Counted from the stretch's first letter, positions 28,518-39,533 are shown. The stretch: DNA of 64,000 bases from Acetatifactor sp. (GCA_045615205.1 JAZLEI010000021.1:13511-77510), one strand, 5' to 3'. The notes: a model not told the origin generated them from the letters alone. A program made the numbers and translations.

Positions 28518-30749
28518 GTGAAAAACGTGAGTAAGCAGAGAAGGAATGTACCTGTAAAGCAGGCAAAAAAGCAGGAAGAAAAGAAAGCAAAGAAAGAAAA
28601 AAGATTTGAGATTTACATGCAGAAGAAGCTGGCAGTACTATACATATTAGTACTGTTGGCTTTTGTGGGGTTAGGCATTCGACTGATTTGGATTACCAGA
28701 GAAGACGGTACCCGCTATAATAAAGAAATTTTGAAGCAACAGAAGTATGACAGTACTACCTTGCCATATAAGCGAGGAGATATTGTAGATGCGAAGGGAA
28801 CGACACTGGCAGTTAGTGAGAAGTTTTATAATCTGGTTATTGATGCCACTGTAATTAATTATCGGGAAGATTATTTTGAACCTACCATGAAAGCTTTGGA
28901 GCAGGCATTCCCGGAGTTGGATATGCAGGCGATCAGAAGTCATGTAAAGACGAATACAGGATCGGCGTATTATGTTCCGTTGAAGCTACTTACTTATGAA
29001 CAGAAGGAAAATTTTGAAAGCATACAGAAAGCTATGACTGAGCAGGATATGAATAAGAGGAATCTGGTGCGTGGCGTTTGGTTTGAAGATGAGTATAAGA
29101 GAATTTATCCTTTTGGAAAACTGGCGTGTGATGTAATCGGTTTTACCGGTAAAGATAATGCAGGTAGCTACGGATTGGAAGAGGCTTACAATGATATTCT
29201 GAATGGTACCACCGGCAGAGAATATGGTTATTTGGGAGATGATTCTACTCTGGAAAGAACCATTAAGCCGGCAGTGGATGGTTATACTATTCACAGTACC
29301 ATTGACATTAATATTCAGTCTGTAGTAGAAAAATATTTGTATAAGTTCAATGAAGAAAATAAGAATGCAGTACGGCAGGGAAATGGCGCGGAGAATGTAG
29401 GTTGCATCATCATGGAGGTGGATACCGGCAGGATTTTGGCGATGGCCAGTTATCCGAACTTTGACCTGAACAATACCAAGGATCCGGCTGCATTAGTGGG
29501 TAATGTATTGGTAGATGAGACCGGAAAGAAGACCAAGCAGTACATTACACAGGAAATGGCTGATGAGATGGTGGCTGCAGAGGATGACACTTTGTTCTAT
29601 CAGAATTTGAATTACCTGTGGAAGAATTTCTGCATTTCCGATACTTATGAGCCAGGTTCCACTGCAAAGCCCTTTACAGTAGCTACGGCACTGGAAACGG
29701 GTGCTATTACCGGTAATGAGGTGTATCAGTGTAATGGCAAATTACATATTGGCGGACATGATATTAATTGTCATGTGCGTTCCGGAGAAGGAGCAGTATC
29801 CGTACAGAATTCTGTGGCGTGGTCTTGTAACGTGGCAATGATGCACATGGGACAGGCTATCGGAAAGACGAATTTTGCAAAGTTTCAGCAGATTTTTAAT
29901 TTTGGTTTAAAGACCAATGTGGATTTGGCGGGAGAAGCCAGAACGGTAGGTCTTCTTTATGATGAAAATATGGGCGATGCAGATTTGGCAACCAATACTT
30001 TTGGTCAGAACTTCAATGTAACTATGATTCAGATGATTACCGGATTTTGTTCTTTGATTAATGGCGGTAATTATTATGAGCCTCATATGGTGGACAAGAT
30101 TACGGATGCTAATGGAGCAGTCGTAAAGAATATCGAACCCAGAGTGTTGAAGCAGACAGTATCTGAGGCAACTTCAGAGAAAATTAGACAGTATTGTCGT
30201 GCTGTGGTTATGCCTGAGGGTGGTACACAGAGGACAGGAAAGACGGCAAGGCCTGCAGGCTATGCTATCGGTGGTAAGACCGGTACGGCACAGACATTGC
30301 CTCGTGGAAATAAAGAGTATGTAGTTTCCTTTATGGGCTATGCACCGGCAGATGACCCGCAGATAGCGATTTATGTAGTGGTAGACAGAGCAAATGCACA
30401 AAAACAGGATAATGCCAGATTTGCGACAGGTATCGTACGTAATGTTTTGACTGAGGTATTGCCATATCTGAATATTTATATGACAGAGGAATTGTCTGAG
30501 GCAGAGGTGGCAGAACTGGAGACCTTGAGACTGGAAAATACTTATGGCAGAGATGATACTTTGGAGCAGGAGGCTGCGGATCAGGTAGGAGAAGATACAA
30601 CAGTGGAGACACCTGTGACAGAAGCTCCGTTTAAGCGATATGAAGTGGATATTGCAACGGGTTATCTGATTGACCCTGAAACCGGGGATTTGCTGGATCC
30701 TGATACAGGAGAACCAGTATATGGAAGCATTCCTTCTATTAGCTGGTAA
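28518..30749 (+). CDS. Class B penicillin-binding protein (transpeptidase)
   Basis: TM anchor and PBP dimerisation region. Motifs SxxK (STAK), SxN (SCN) and KTG (KTGTA). Long acidic C-terminal tail. Confidence 0.9.
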   Translation: MKNVSKQRRNVPVKQAKKQEEKKAKKEKRFEIYMQKKLAVLYILVLLAFVGLGIRLIWITREDGTRYNKEILKQQKYDSTTLPYKRGDIVDAKGTTLAVSEKFYNLVIDATVINYREDYFEPTMKALEQAFPELDMQAIRSHVKTNTGSAYYVPLKLLTYEQKENFESIQKAMTEQDMNKRNLVRGVWFEDEYKRIYPFGKLACDVIGFTGKDNAGSYGLEEAYNDILNGTTGREYGYLGDDSTLERTIKPAVDGYTIHSTIDINIQSVVEKYLYKFNEENKNAVRQGNGAENVGCIIMEVDTGRILAMASYPNFDLNNTKDPAALVGNVLVDETGKKTKQYITQEMADEMVAAEDDTLFYQNLNYLWKNFCISDTYEPGSTAKPFTVATALETGAITGNEVYQCNGKLHIGGHDINCHVRSGEGAVSVQNSVAWSCNVAMMHMGQAIGKTNFAKFQQIFNFGLKTNVDLAGEARTVGLLYDENMGDADLATNTFGQNFNVTMIQMITGFCSLINGGNYYEPHMVDKITDANGAVVKNIEPRVLKQTVSEATSEKIRQYCRAVVMPEGGTQRTGKTARPAGYAIGGKTGTAQTLPRGNKEYVVSFMGYAPADDPQIAIYVVVDRANAQKQDNARFATGIVRNVLTEVLPYLNIYMTEELSEAEVAELETLRLENTYGRDDTLEQEAADQVGEDTTVETPVTEAPFKRYEVDIATGYLIDPETGDLLDPDTGEPVYGSIPSISW

Positions 30750-30830
30750 GAAACTTAAGGTAGAATGAATAACCTCATAATTGTGGGAATAAAGTGTAAT
30801 AACAGCTTTCACAGTTTATGAGGTTTTGTT

Positions 30831-32573
30831 TTGCAGAATACAATAAATCGATTTGCGAACCGCAAGAAGGTTCTGGTTATTTTCTTAGGATGCGTTCTTT
30901 TATTGGTACTATTGTTTGTGAGACTGGTGTATCTGATGGTGTGGCGTTCCGATTATTACGCGCAAAAGGCAGTAGAACTTCACGAAAGAGAACGCAGTAT
31001 CAAGGCTGCCAGAGGGCAGATCGTAGATTGTAACGGAACTGTGATTGCAGATAATAAAACAGTGTGTACCATTTCCGTAATACATAATCAGATCGAAGAG
31101 CCGGAGAAGGTCATCGCAGTATTGTCAGAGGTTTTGGATATTCCCGAGGAAACTGTACGCAAACGTGTGGAAAAATACAGCTCCATTGAACGCATTAAGA
31201 GCAATGTCAGTAAGGAGCTGGGGGATGTGATTCGAGAATATAATCTGGCAGGTGTAAAAGTAGATGAGGATTATAAGCGTTATTATCCTTATGGAGATTT
31301 GGCCAGCAAGGTTATGGGCTTCACGGGAAGTGATAATCAGGGGATTATCGGACTGGAGGTTATCTACGAGGAATATTTAAAGGGCGAATCCGGTACCATT
31401 CTGACCATGACGGACGCCAGAGGCATCGAGGTAGAAGAAGCCGGGGAAAGAAGACTGGAACCTGTGGATGGAAATACCCTGCATTTGAGTTTGGATGTAA
31501 ATATACAGTCTTATGCTCAGCAACTGGCAGAGCAGGCTATGTTGGCGAAGCAGGCACAGAGTGTTTCCATTATTGTGATGAACCCTCAGAATGGTGAAAT
31601 CATGGCCATGGTAAATGTGCCGGAGTTTGATTTGAATGCTCCCTATGAATTGCCGGAAGGAACAGATGCGGGGATTAGTAGTCAGGAGCGGCAGAATTTA
31701 TTGAATCGAATCTGGAGAAATGGTTGTATTAATGATACTTATGAACCGGGATCTACTTTTAAGATTGTAACAGCGGCTGCCGGTTTGGAAGCAGGAGTGG
31801 TGAATAAGGAAAGTCGTTTCAGTTGTCCGGGATTTATTATTGTGGAGGATCGCAAAATCCGTTGTCACAAGACAGGCGGACATGGTGGACAGAATTTCGT
31901 ACAGGCCACCATGGCTTCGTGTAATCCAGCCTTTGTCAGCTTGGGGATGTCACTGGGAGTGGAACGGTTTTACCACTATTTTGAGCAGTTCGGGTTACTG
32001 AATAAGACCGGAATAGACCTTCCGGGAGAGGCAGGAACTATTATGCATCAGCCGGAAAAAATGGGTGGTGTAGAGTTGGCAACAGTATCCTTTGGACAGT
32101 CCTTTCAGATTACACCCATACAACTGATTACCACAGCATCTTCTATTATCAACGGAGGCAACCGTATCACTCCGCACTTTGGAGTAAAGGTAACGGATGC
32201 AGAGGGAAATACAGTAGAAAACTTTGAGTATGAGGTGCAGGAAGGAATTGTATCGACAGAAACCTCTGAAACCATGCGGTATATCTTGGAAATGGTTGTG
32301 GCAGAGGGCGGTGGTAAAAATGGGCAGGTGGAAGGTGTTCGAGTGGGTGGTAAGACGGCTACCAGTCAGACGCTGCCTCGTTCTGACAGGCAGTATATCT
32401 CTTCCTTTCTGGGTTTTGCTCCGGCAGATAATCCACAGGTAATCGCAGTAGCAATTATCAATCGACCACAGGGAACCTACTATGGAGGACAGATAGCAGC
32501 CCCAATTGTAAGACAGTTATTTGAAAATATTCTTCCTTATTTGGGAATTATGGATTATAATGAACAAGAATGA
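30831..32573 (+). CDS. Class B penicillin-binding protein (SpoVD/FtsI-like)
   Basis: TM anchor, STFK, SCN, and KTA(T) in place of KTG. Second PBP in the dcw cluster. TTG start. Confidence 0.9.
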   Translation: MQNTINRFANRKKVLVIFLGCVLLLVLLFVRLVYLMVWRSDYYAQKAVELHERERSIKAARGQIVDCNGTVIADNKTVCTISVIHNQIEEPEKVIAVLSEVLDIPEETVRKRVEKYSSIERIKSNVSKELGDVIREYNLAGVKVDEDYKRYYPYGDLASKVMGFTGSDNQGIIGLEVIYEEYLKGESGTILTMTDARGIEVEEAGERRLEPVDGNTLHLSLDVNIQSYAQQLAEQAMLAKQAQSVSIIVMNPQNGEIMAMVNVPEFDLNAPYELPEGTDAGISSQERQNLLNRIWRNGCINDTYEPGSTFKIVTAAAGLEAGVVNKESRFSCPGFIIVEDRKIRCHKTGGHGGQNFVQATMASCNPAFVSLGMSLGVERFYHYFEQFGLLNKTGIDLPGEAGTIMHQPEKMGGVELATVSFGQSFQITPIQLITTASSIINGGNRITPHFGVKVTDAEGNTVENFEYEVQEGIVSTETSETMRYILEMVVAEGGGKNGQVEGVRVGGKTATSQTLPRSDRQYISSFLGFAPADNPQVIAVAIINRPQGTYYGGQIAAPIVRQLFENILPYLGIMDYNEQE

Positions 32574-32672
32574 GTTCGTATAGTTCCCAAAAGACTGGGA
32601 AGAACGAAAGAAGAAATAAAAATAGAATAGGAATAAAAATAGAAAGTGCCACAAGGCATGAAAGGAGAAATT

Positions 32673-34034
32673 ATGTTAAAAGGACAAAGATGTCTGGTGG
32701 TAGGCTCCGGAATAAGCGGTGTAGGTGCCATGACATTATTACATAAAATGAATGCAGAGATTCGATTGTTTGATGAGAAGCTTTCCGTGGAGGAATTAGA
32801 GAATAAGGTTCCCACTGGCGTGGCTGCACAGTGCTACAGCAAGGAACTGCCACTGGATATTATGGAGAACTTGGATATAGCGGTTCTCAGTCCGGGAGTT
32901 CCTACCGATATTCCCATGGTGAAGCAGCTGAGGGAGTTGGGGGTAAAGATTATCGGAGAGATTGAGCTGGGCTATCTGGCAGAACAGGGAAGAGTGGTTG
33001 CCATTACCGGTACCAACGGAAAGACTACCACGACTACTTTGGTGGGTGATATTATGAAGGCGCACTTTGGGGAAGAGAAGACCTTTGTGGTAGGAAACAT
33101 CGGCAATCCCTACACCTTAGAGGCTATGAAAACCCAGGCGAATACGGTGACCGTGGGAGAAATCAGCAGCTTCCAGTTGGAAACCGTGGAAACATTTCAT
33201 CCGGTAGTATCGGCTATTTTAAATGTGACGCCGGATCATTTGAACAGACATTACACGATGGATGCTTATGCAGGAGCGAAAGAGAACATCGCAGCGAAGC
33301 AGACAAAGGATAATATTTGTGTCTTGAACTATGAAAATGAATATACCAGAGCCTTTGGAGAAAGATGTCCTGCCAAGGTGGTTTATTTTTCTTCTGTCAG
33401 AGAATTGGAGAATGGTTTGTTTTTGCATGGGGAAGAGATTTGTCAGGCTATGGACGGAGAGGTAAACAGTCTGTTGAATATCCACAGGGATATGAATTTA
33501 GTAGGAATTTGTAATGTGGAAAATGTAATGGCAGCGATAGCTATCGCACAGGGCATGCAGATACCCATGAGTACTATTTTATCTGTTATCAAGCAGTTCA
33601 AAGCAGTGGAGCATCGTATTGAATTCGTGGCAACGAAGGGTGGCGTGGATTATTATAATGACTCCAAAGGTACTAATCCGGATGCTGCTATTCAGGGTAT
33701 AAAGGCTATGAGCAAGCCCACTATTTTGATTGGCGGAGGCTATGATAAGCAGAATGAATATGATGAGTGGATTGAATGCTTCGGAGATAAGGTGAAGTGG
33801 CTGGTACTGATTGGTCAGACCAGGGAAAAGATTGCAGAATGTGCCAGAAAGCACGGCTTTGAACGGATTAAGATGGCAGATACCTTTGAGGAATGCTTGG
33901 CACTTTGTACGGAACTGGCTGAGAGCGGAGATGCTGTGTTATTGTCTCCGGCATGTGCGAGCTGGGGAATGTTTCCCAATTATGAAGTAAGAGGAAAACT
34001 ATTTAAGGATTATGTGAATAATCTGAAAGAATAA
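32673..34034 (+). CDS. murD: UDP-N-acetylmuramoylalanine--D-glutamate ligase
   Basis: N-terminal GSGISG fold and Mur-ligase P-loop GTNGKTTTT. ATG 32673 follows AAAGGAG. Confidence 0.9.
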   Translation: MLKGQRCLVVGSGISGVGAMTLLHKMNAEIRLFDEKLSVEELENKVPTGVAAQCYSKELPLDIMENLDIAVLSPGVPTDIPMVKQLRELGVKIIGEIELGYLAEQGRVVAITGTNGKTTTTTLVGDIMKAHFGEEKTFVVGNIGNPYTLEAMKTQANTVTVGEISSFQLETVETFHPVVSAILNVTPDHLNRHYTMDAYAGAKENIAAKQTKDNICVLNYENEYTRAFGERCPAKVVYFSSVRELENGLFLHGEEICQAMDGEVNSLLNIHRDMNLVGICNVENVMAAIAIAQGMQIPMSTILSVIKQFKAVEHRIEFVATKGGVDYYNDSKGTNPDAAIQGIKAMSKPTILIGGGYDKQNEYDEWIECFGDKVKWLVLIGQTREKIAECARKHGFERIKMADTFEECLALCTELAESGDAVLLSPACASWGMFPNYEVRGKLFKDYVNNLKE

Positions 34035-34048
34035 GGATTTGATGGTTT

Positions 34049-35209
34049 ATGACGAATGCAAAAAAAAGAAAAAAGGAACAGACGGAGTATTATTTTGATT
34101 ATACCATGCTGTTCATTGTATTGTTTTTAATGGGCTTTGGTTTGATTATGATTTATTCCGTAAGCTCCTATGAGGCTCATGCAGATTATGGAGATGCTGC
34201 CTACTTTTTGAAAAAGCAGCTGTTTTCCAGTGTGGTTGGTCTGGTGGCGATGATGTTTGTGGCGAATATTCCTTATCCGGTTTGGAGAAGGTTTGCCGGA
34301 CTTGGATATATTGTTGCGGCATTTTTAGTGTTTTTGGTGCCTTTTGTAGGTGTGGAATCCCATGGTGCAAAACGTTGGCTTCCCATACCCGGTATCGGAT
34401 TGACCATACAGCCGGCAGAGGTGGCAAAGCTTTGTATGATATTATTTCTAGCACATTTGGTTTGCTTGATGGGAAGGAGTATCCAAAAGCTGCGGGGAAT
34501 GATATTCCTGATTATTACAGCTTTGCCCATGGTAATTATGGTGTGGCAGCTGACGGATAATCTGAGTTCCGCTATTATTATTCTGGGAATTTCAGTGTTT
34601 ATGATATTTGTGGCAAGTCCCGACTATAAGGGTTTCTTTGTTATAGGTGCATTGGGAACCGCAGGGGTTGCCGGGTTGGTATATTATATCTCGCAGCTAA
34701 CCATGGATGAAGGGATGAACTTCCGTTTCAAACGAATTCTGACCTGGTTAAATCCGGAAGCTTATGCGGATGATACCGGTTTCCAGACCTTGCAGGCATT
34801 GTATGCAATCGGTTCCGGTGGTGTGCTGGGAAAGGGCTTAGGGCAGAGTATGCAAAAGCTGGGCTTTATCCCAGAGGCACAGAATGATATGATATTCTCT
34901 ATTATTTGTGAGGAATTGGGATTGTTTGGAGCTATTGCCATCATTCTCATGTTTATTCTTTTGTTATGGAGAATGATGATTATTGCCAATAACGCACCGG
35001 ATTTGTTTGGTTCTTTGCTGGTAGTAGGCGTCATGGGACACATTGCGATTCAGGTGATTTTGAATATTGCGGTAGTAACCAATACCATACCCAATACCGG
35101 TATTTCCTTACCGTTTATCAGCTATGGCGGTACCTCTGTACTGTTTTTGATGATAGAGATTGGTTTGGTTTTGAATGTAGCAAAGCGAATTCAGTTAAAG
35201 GAAATTTAA
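34049..35209 (+). CDS. ftsW: SEDS-family peptidoglycan polymerase FtsW/SpoVE
   Basis: About 10 TM helices, conserved PEAQNDMIFS block, dcw position after murD. Confidence 0.9.
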   Translation: MTNAKKRKKEQTEYYFDYTMLFIVLFLMGFGLIMIYSVSSYEAHADYGDAAYFLKKQLFSSVVGLVAMMFVANIPYPVWRRFAGLGYIVAAFLVFLVPFVGVESHGAKRWLPIPGIGLTIQPAEVAKLCMILFLAHLVCLMGRSIQKLRGMIFLIITALPMVIMVWQLTDNLSSAIIILGISVFMIFVASPDYKGFFVIGALGTAGVAGLVYYISQLTMDEGMNFRFKRILTWLNPEAYADDTGFQTLQALYAIGSGGVLGKGLGQSMQKLGFIPEAQNDMIFSIICEELGLFGAIAIILMFILLLWRMMIIANNAPDLFGSLLVVGVMGHIAIQVILNIAVVTNTIPNTGISLPFISYGGTSVLFLMIEIGLVLNVAKRIQLKEI

Positions 35210-35288
35210 TTGTCCATGGACAAAGTACTGTCGGGTAAAGTGACACATATAATAGGATATATCTGAAATTCGAAAGGATTTGGGAGGT

Positions 35289-36545
35289 ATGGATACGATA
35301 TGTGTTCATGGTGGTGTGAGCTTGCAGGGAAAGGTGAGAATCCAAGGCTCTAAAAATGCCGCCTTACCTATATTGGCAGCTACTTTACTGACGAAGGGTG
35401 AAAATACCATATATAATTGTCCCAAAATCAGTGATATATTTCAGATGCAACAGCTTTTGAAAAGTATTGGCTGTATTGTGAAAATACGTTCCGACTGTGT
35501 TTGTGTGGATGCCACAAAGATTTCTGTGCAACGTATGCCGGCAGAAGCAGTGCAGGGAATGCGCTCTTCGGTGTGTATGCTGGGAGCATTGCTCAGCAGA
35601 TGTCATGAGGTAGTGATGGAATCGCCGGGAGGCTGTGTGATTGGAGCTCGTCCTATCGATATGCATATTCGTGCCTTGGAACAGATGGGGGCTGAATTTC
35701 GAATTGTGGACGGATTGATTTATGCAAAAGTGAATGGTAGAATGCATGGAGCAGATATCCATTTTGAAAAGGGCAGTGTAGGAGCAACGGAAAATGTAAT
35801 CTTAGCAGCTGTTTTGGCAGAGGGTATTACTTGTATTCATGGTGCAGCAAAGGAACCGGAGGTGACGGCACTTTGTGAATATCTGCAAAGGTGCGGTGCA
35901 CGAATACAGGGAATCGGAAGCAATTGCCTGAAGGTTATAGGCGTGGATGTGCTGCAGGGGGATTGCTATCATATTCCGGCAGATCGAATTGTAGCAGGAA
36001 CCTATTTATTTGCAGCATTAGCAACAGGCGGCAGCGTGTGGTTAGAGGATGCACCCTGCTCTCAATTACAGGCAGTTTTTCGAATTGCAGAGGAAATGGG
36101 GGCGGTTTGTCAGACTACATCCAATGGGGTATATGTGCAGGCCCCGGGATATCTGCGACCGGTAAGGCTCATTCAAACAGAAGAATATCCGGGCTTTCCT
36201 ACGGACTTGCAATCTATGGCTGTGGTGACAGCTTTGAATGCAAAAGGAAGCAGTGTTATTGAAGAGAATATTTTCGAGAACCGTTTTCACGTGATAGAAC
36301 CGCTTCGTACCATGGGTGCAGATTTGGAAATATTGGATGCCAAAAGAGTACGAGTGAATGGAGTAAGTGCTCTGCATGGAGAGACCGTAGAAGCAAAAGA
36401 GCTTCGGGGAGGCGCTGCATTGGTGATTGCAGGACTTCTGGCGGAAGGCGTTACGACGGTGAGGGGAAACAGATATATCCAAAGAGGTTATGAGAATATC
36501 TGCAAGGATTTGAGAGAGTTAGGAGCGAGAGTGGTAAGTGTATAA
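35289..36545 (+). CDS. murA: UDP-N-acetylglucosamine 1-carboxyvinyltransferase
   Basis: N-terminus GGVSLQGKVRIQGSKNAALP and catalytic-loop PGGCVIGARPID. ATG 35289 lies 9 nt after AAAGGA. Confidence 0.9.
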   Translation: MDTICVHGGVSLQGKVRIQGSKNAALPILAATLLTKGENTIYNCPKISDIFQMQQLLKSIGCIVKIRSDCVCVDATKISVQRMPAEAVQGMRSSVCMLGALLSRCHEVVMESPGGCVIGARPIDMHIRALEQMGAEFRIVDGLIYAKVNGRMHGADIHFEKGSVGATENVILAAVLAEGITCIHGAAKEPEVTALCEYLQRCGARIQGIGSNCLKVIGVDVLQGDCYHIPADRIVAGTYLFAALATGGSVWLEDAPCSQLQAVFRIAEEMGAVCQTTSNGVYVQAPGYLRPVRLIQTEEYPGFPTDLQSMAVVTALNAKGSSVIEENIFENRFHVIEPLRTMGADLEILDAKRVRVNGVSALHGETVEAKELRGGAALVIAGLLAEGVTTVRGNRYIQRGYENICKDLRELGARVVSV

Positions 36546-37278
36546 AAAACGAAGAAAAAGATGGGGAGGAGTACTGATAATATTGCTGTTAATAGCAGCA
36601 GTTCTAGGTGTGATTTATTATATTATCAGTACTTATTCCATTAAAAATGTATATGTGGAAGGAAATGTTCATTACACAGAGGACGAAATAAAGGATATTG
36701 TAATGGAAGGCCCTTTGGGGAATAATTCCTTGTATTTGTCCATGAAATACAGCAATAAGGGTGTGGAAAATATCCCTTTTGTAGATGTAATGGATGTAGT
36801 GGTAGTGTCGCCGGATACTATAAAAATCGTAGTGTATGAAAAAGCTCTGGCAGGGTATATAGAGTTTATGGACAGCTATATGTATTTTGACAGGGACGGT
36901 TATATGGTAGAAACCTCCAATGTAAAAACCTTGGGAGTGCCCCAGATAGCGGGATTGCAGTTTGAGCATGTGATGCTGGGAGAAAAGATACCCTTAGAGG
37001 ATGATAGTGTATTCGAAAGTATTATGAATATCACGAATCTGTTGGACAAGTACGAGTTGTTGGTGGACAAGATTTACTTTCAGGCGGATATGGATATTAT
37101 TCTGTATTTTGAAGATGTGAGAGTGAATTTGGGCAAAGGAAACAGCTTGGAAGAAAAGCTCATGGTATTGCCAACCTTTTTGGCAAATCTGGAAGGTAAG
37201 AAAGGTGTATTGCACATGGAAGACTATACAGAGGACGGAGGGATGACGGTTTTTGATGTAGATAAAACAGAAGAATAA
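36538..37278 (+). CDS. ftsQ: Cell-division protein FtsQ/DivIB
   Basis: Basic N-terminus, one TM helix and a POTRA-like region. Positioned just upstream of ftsZ. Confidence 0.7.
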   Translation: MYKKRRKRWGGVLIILLLIAAVLGVIYYIISTYSIKNVYVEGNVHYTEDEIKDIVMEGPLGNNSLYLSMKYSNKGVENIPFVDVMDVVVVSPDTIKIVVYEKALAGYIEFMDSYMYFDRDGYMVETSNVKTLGVPQIAGLQFEHVMLGEKIPLEDDSVFESIMNITNLLDKYELLVDKIYFQADMDIILYFEDVRVNLGKGNSLEEKLMVLPTFLANLEGKKGVLHMEDYTEDGGMTVFDVDKTEE

Positions 37279-37379
37279 AAATATTTTTCAATTTCCACAA
37301 AAAAGAGGTTGATTAATTTAAGAAATAATTATATGATAAACTATATGGAATTTATTCGGAATAGAAGGAGGACAAACCC

Positions 37380-38555
37380 TTGCTCGAAGTGAAGACAAAT
37401 GACGCGCAGGCAGCCGCAAAGATTATTGTAGTTGGTGTAGGCGGTGCCGGAAATAATGCTGTAAATAGAATGGTGGATGAAAGAATAGATGGTGTGGAGT
37501 TTATCGGTGTGAATACTGATAAGCAGGCACTTCAGTTATGTAAGGCTCCTAAGCTGATTCAGATTGGTGAGAAGCTGACCAAGGGACTTGGTGCAGGTGC
37601 AAAGCCTGAAATCGGCGAGAAGGCTGCAGAAGAGAGTACAGAAGAAATTCAGGAAGCATTAAAGGGTGCGGATATGGTATTCGTTACCTGCGGTATGGGT
37701 GGCGGAACCGGCACCGGTGCTGCTCCCGTTGTAGCAAAAATCGCAAAAGAAATGGATATTTTGACAGTAGGTGTCGTAACAAAGCCTTTCCGTTTTGAGG
37801 CAAAGACCCGTATGCAGAATGCTTTGGGCGGTATCAGCAAAATCAAGGAATTTGTAGATACCTTAATCGTAATCCCGAATGACAAGCTGTTGGAAATCGT
37901 TGATCGCAGAACGACTATGCCGGAAGCTTTGAAGAAGGCTGATGAAGTGTTACAGCAGTCCGTACAGGGTATTACTGATTTGATTAACAGACCTGCCATC
38001 ATTAATCTGGACTTCGCAGACGTTCAGACTGTAATGAAGGATAAGGGTATTGCACATATTGGTATTGGTGAAGGTAAGGGTGATGATAAGGCTTTGGAAG
38101 CTGTGAAGATGGCAGTAGAGTCACCATTATTGGAAACTACTATTTCCGGTGCTACAGATGTGATTGTAAACGTATCTGGTGATATTACTTTAGCAGATGC
38201 ATCCGATGCAGTAAGCTATGTTCAGGAGCTGTGTGGAGATGAGGTAAATATTATCTTTGGTGCATTGTACGATTCTAACAAGAATGGTAATTGTACCATT
38301 ACTGTTATTGCAACCGGTATTGAGGATTCTGCAAATGCAGCTGCTCAGAGCAGATTGGGTGGCGGATTTACTTACAAGACTCCTACCGCAACACCGGGAT
38401 TTGGTACCACTGTAACCCCTAGTGTAAAGCCTATTACTCCGGTTCCTGTTGCTCCGGTAGAGCCTGTTGTAGGAATTAACAAGCCGGTAGATATTCAGAG
38501 TACTGTAAAGGCAAAAACCTTGAATATTCCTGATTTCCTGACCAGAAAGCAGTAA
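37380..38555 (+). CDS. ftsZ: Cell-division GTPase FtsZ
   Basis: Tubulin signature [11 protein letters not shown] and NTD motif. TTG start 7 nt after GGAGGA. Confidence 0.97.
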   Translation: MLEVKTNDAQAAAKIIVVGVGGAGNNAVNRMVDERIDGVEFIGVNTDKQALQLCKAPKLIQIGEKLTKGLGAGAKPEIGEKAAEESTEEIQEALKGADMVFVTCGMGGGTGTGAAPVVAKIAKEMDILTVGVVTKPFRFEAKTRMQNALGGISKIKEFVDTLIVIPNDKLLEIVDRRTTMPEALKKADEVLQQSVQGITDLINRPAIINLDFADVQTVMKDKGIAHIGIGEGKGDDKALEAVKMAVESPLLETTISGATDVIVNVSGDITLADASDAVSYVQELCGDEVNIIFGALYDSNKNGNCTITVIATGIEDSANAAAQSRLGGGFTYKTPTATPGFGTTVTPSVKPITPVPVAPVEPVVGINKPVDIQSTVKAKTLNIPDFLTRKQ

Positions 38556-38593
38556 ATAGGAAATGATATCATAATTTCATAGAATGTTAAGTG

Positions 38594-38636
38594 ACAGCCA
38601 TACTTGTAAGGGTATGGCTGTTTTTGTCGTTTTTTT
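38594..38636 (+). terminator. Intrinsic terminator after ftsZ
   Basis: Stem ACAGCCATAC / GTATGGCTGT followed by TTTTGTCGTTTTTTT. Confidence 0.85.
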
Positions 38637-38667
38637 CAGACAAGTATTAAAAAGCCGCTTTGCGTTT

Positions 38668-38700
38668 TTGACAAAATTCCTAAGGGAATATGAGTATAAT
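38668..38700 (+). promoter_or_regulatory. Candidate spoIIG-type promoter with over-long spacer
   Basis: Perfect TTGACA (38668-38673) and perfect TATAAT (38695-38700) separated by 21 nt, about 35 nt upstream of spoIIGA. Confidence 0.5.
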
Positions 38701-38735
38701 AAGGTTGTTTGGAGGCTTGATTAAGGAGGTGGAAA

Positions 38736-39533
38736 ATGTATTATGAAATCTATGCAGACAGCCTCTTTTTCTTGCAGTTTGTTTTGAACTTATATGTGCT
38801 GGGGGCTGTAAATCATATGTATTATCACGGGGCATCCGGTAAGCGTATTGTTTTGGGAGCAGTTTTGGGAGCAGTTATTTATATACTTCCCTTTTGTTTC
38901 CCTATCAAGCTGATGTATGGAATGATTTTGGGTTTTTGCCTGTCAATGCTGGGGATGAGTTGGATTACCTTTCGGGTGGTGGAGTGGAGACGGTTAAGCG
39001 GAGTGTTGGAAAAAATGCTGTTGACTACTTTGTTGATGGGGAGCTTATTAATCTTTGTGCTTAAGATGTTGCCGCCCGGACAGGAGAGTTGTTTGGGCGT
39101 GATGGGGGTATTGCTTATGGGGGCAGTTTGTTATGGAGTGGTCCGCAGACTGACAGGGCACAGAGAGGAAGAGAAGCCTTTTTGTAAGGTCTATCTGCAG
39201 GAAGAGAATGCATGTCTGGAGGTGAATGCACTTTTGGATACCGGAAACAGCCTCGTAGAACCCATCAGTGGAAAGCCGGTTGCTGTGTTATCGGAGAGCA
39301 TGTTTCAGAAATTGTATTCTGCCAAGGAACCGCAGGGCTATCGGGTAATACCCTATCGAAGTGTAGGAAAGCAAAAAGGGATACTGGATGCATATCTACT
39401 AAAAGGCATAATCATAGAATATCAGGGAGTAAAAAAGGAGTGCAAAGAGGTGTATGTGGCAAGGAGTAAGGAATTGCTTGCAGAAGCCGGTGATTACCAG
39501 ATGGTTTTGAACCCCAGAGTATTGAAGGAATAG
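38736..39533 (+). CDS. spoIIGA: Sigma-E processing peptidase SpoIIGA
   Basis: Five N-terminal TM helices and aspartic-protease motif LLDTGN. Immediately precedes sigE. Confidence 0.85.
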   Translation: MYYEIYADSLFFLQFVLNLYVLGAVNHMYYHGASGKRIVLGAVLGAVIYILPFCFPIKLMYGMILGFCLSMLGMSWITFRVVEWRRLSGVLEKMLLTTLLMGSLLIFVLKMLPPGQESCLGVMGVLLMGAVCYGVVRRLTGHREEEKPFCKVYLQEENACLEVNALLDTGNSLVEPISGKPVAVLSESMFQKLYSAKEPQGYRVIPYRSVGKQKGILDAYLLKGIIIEYQGVKKECKEVYVARSKELLAEAGDYQMVLNPRVLKE

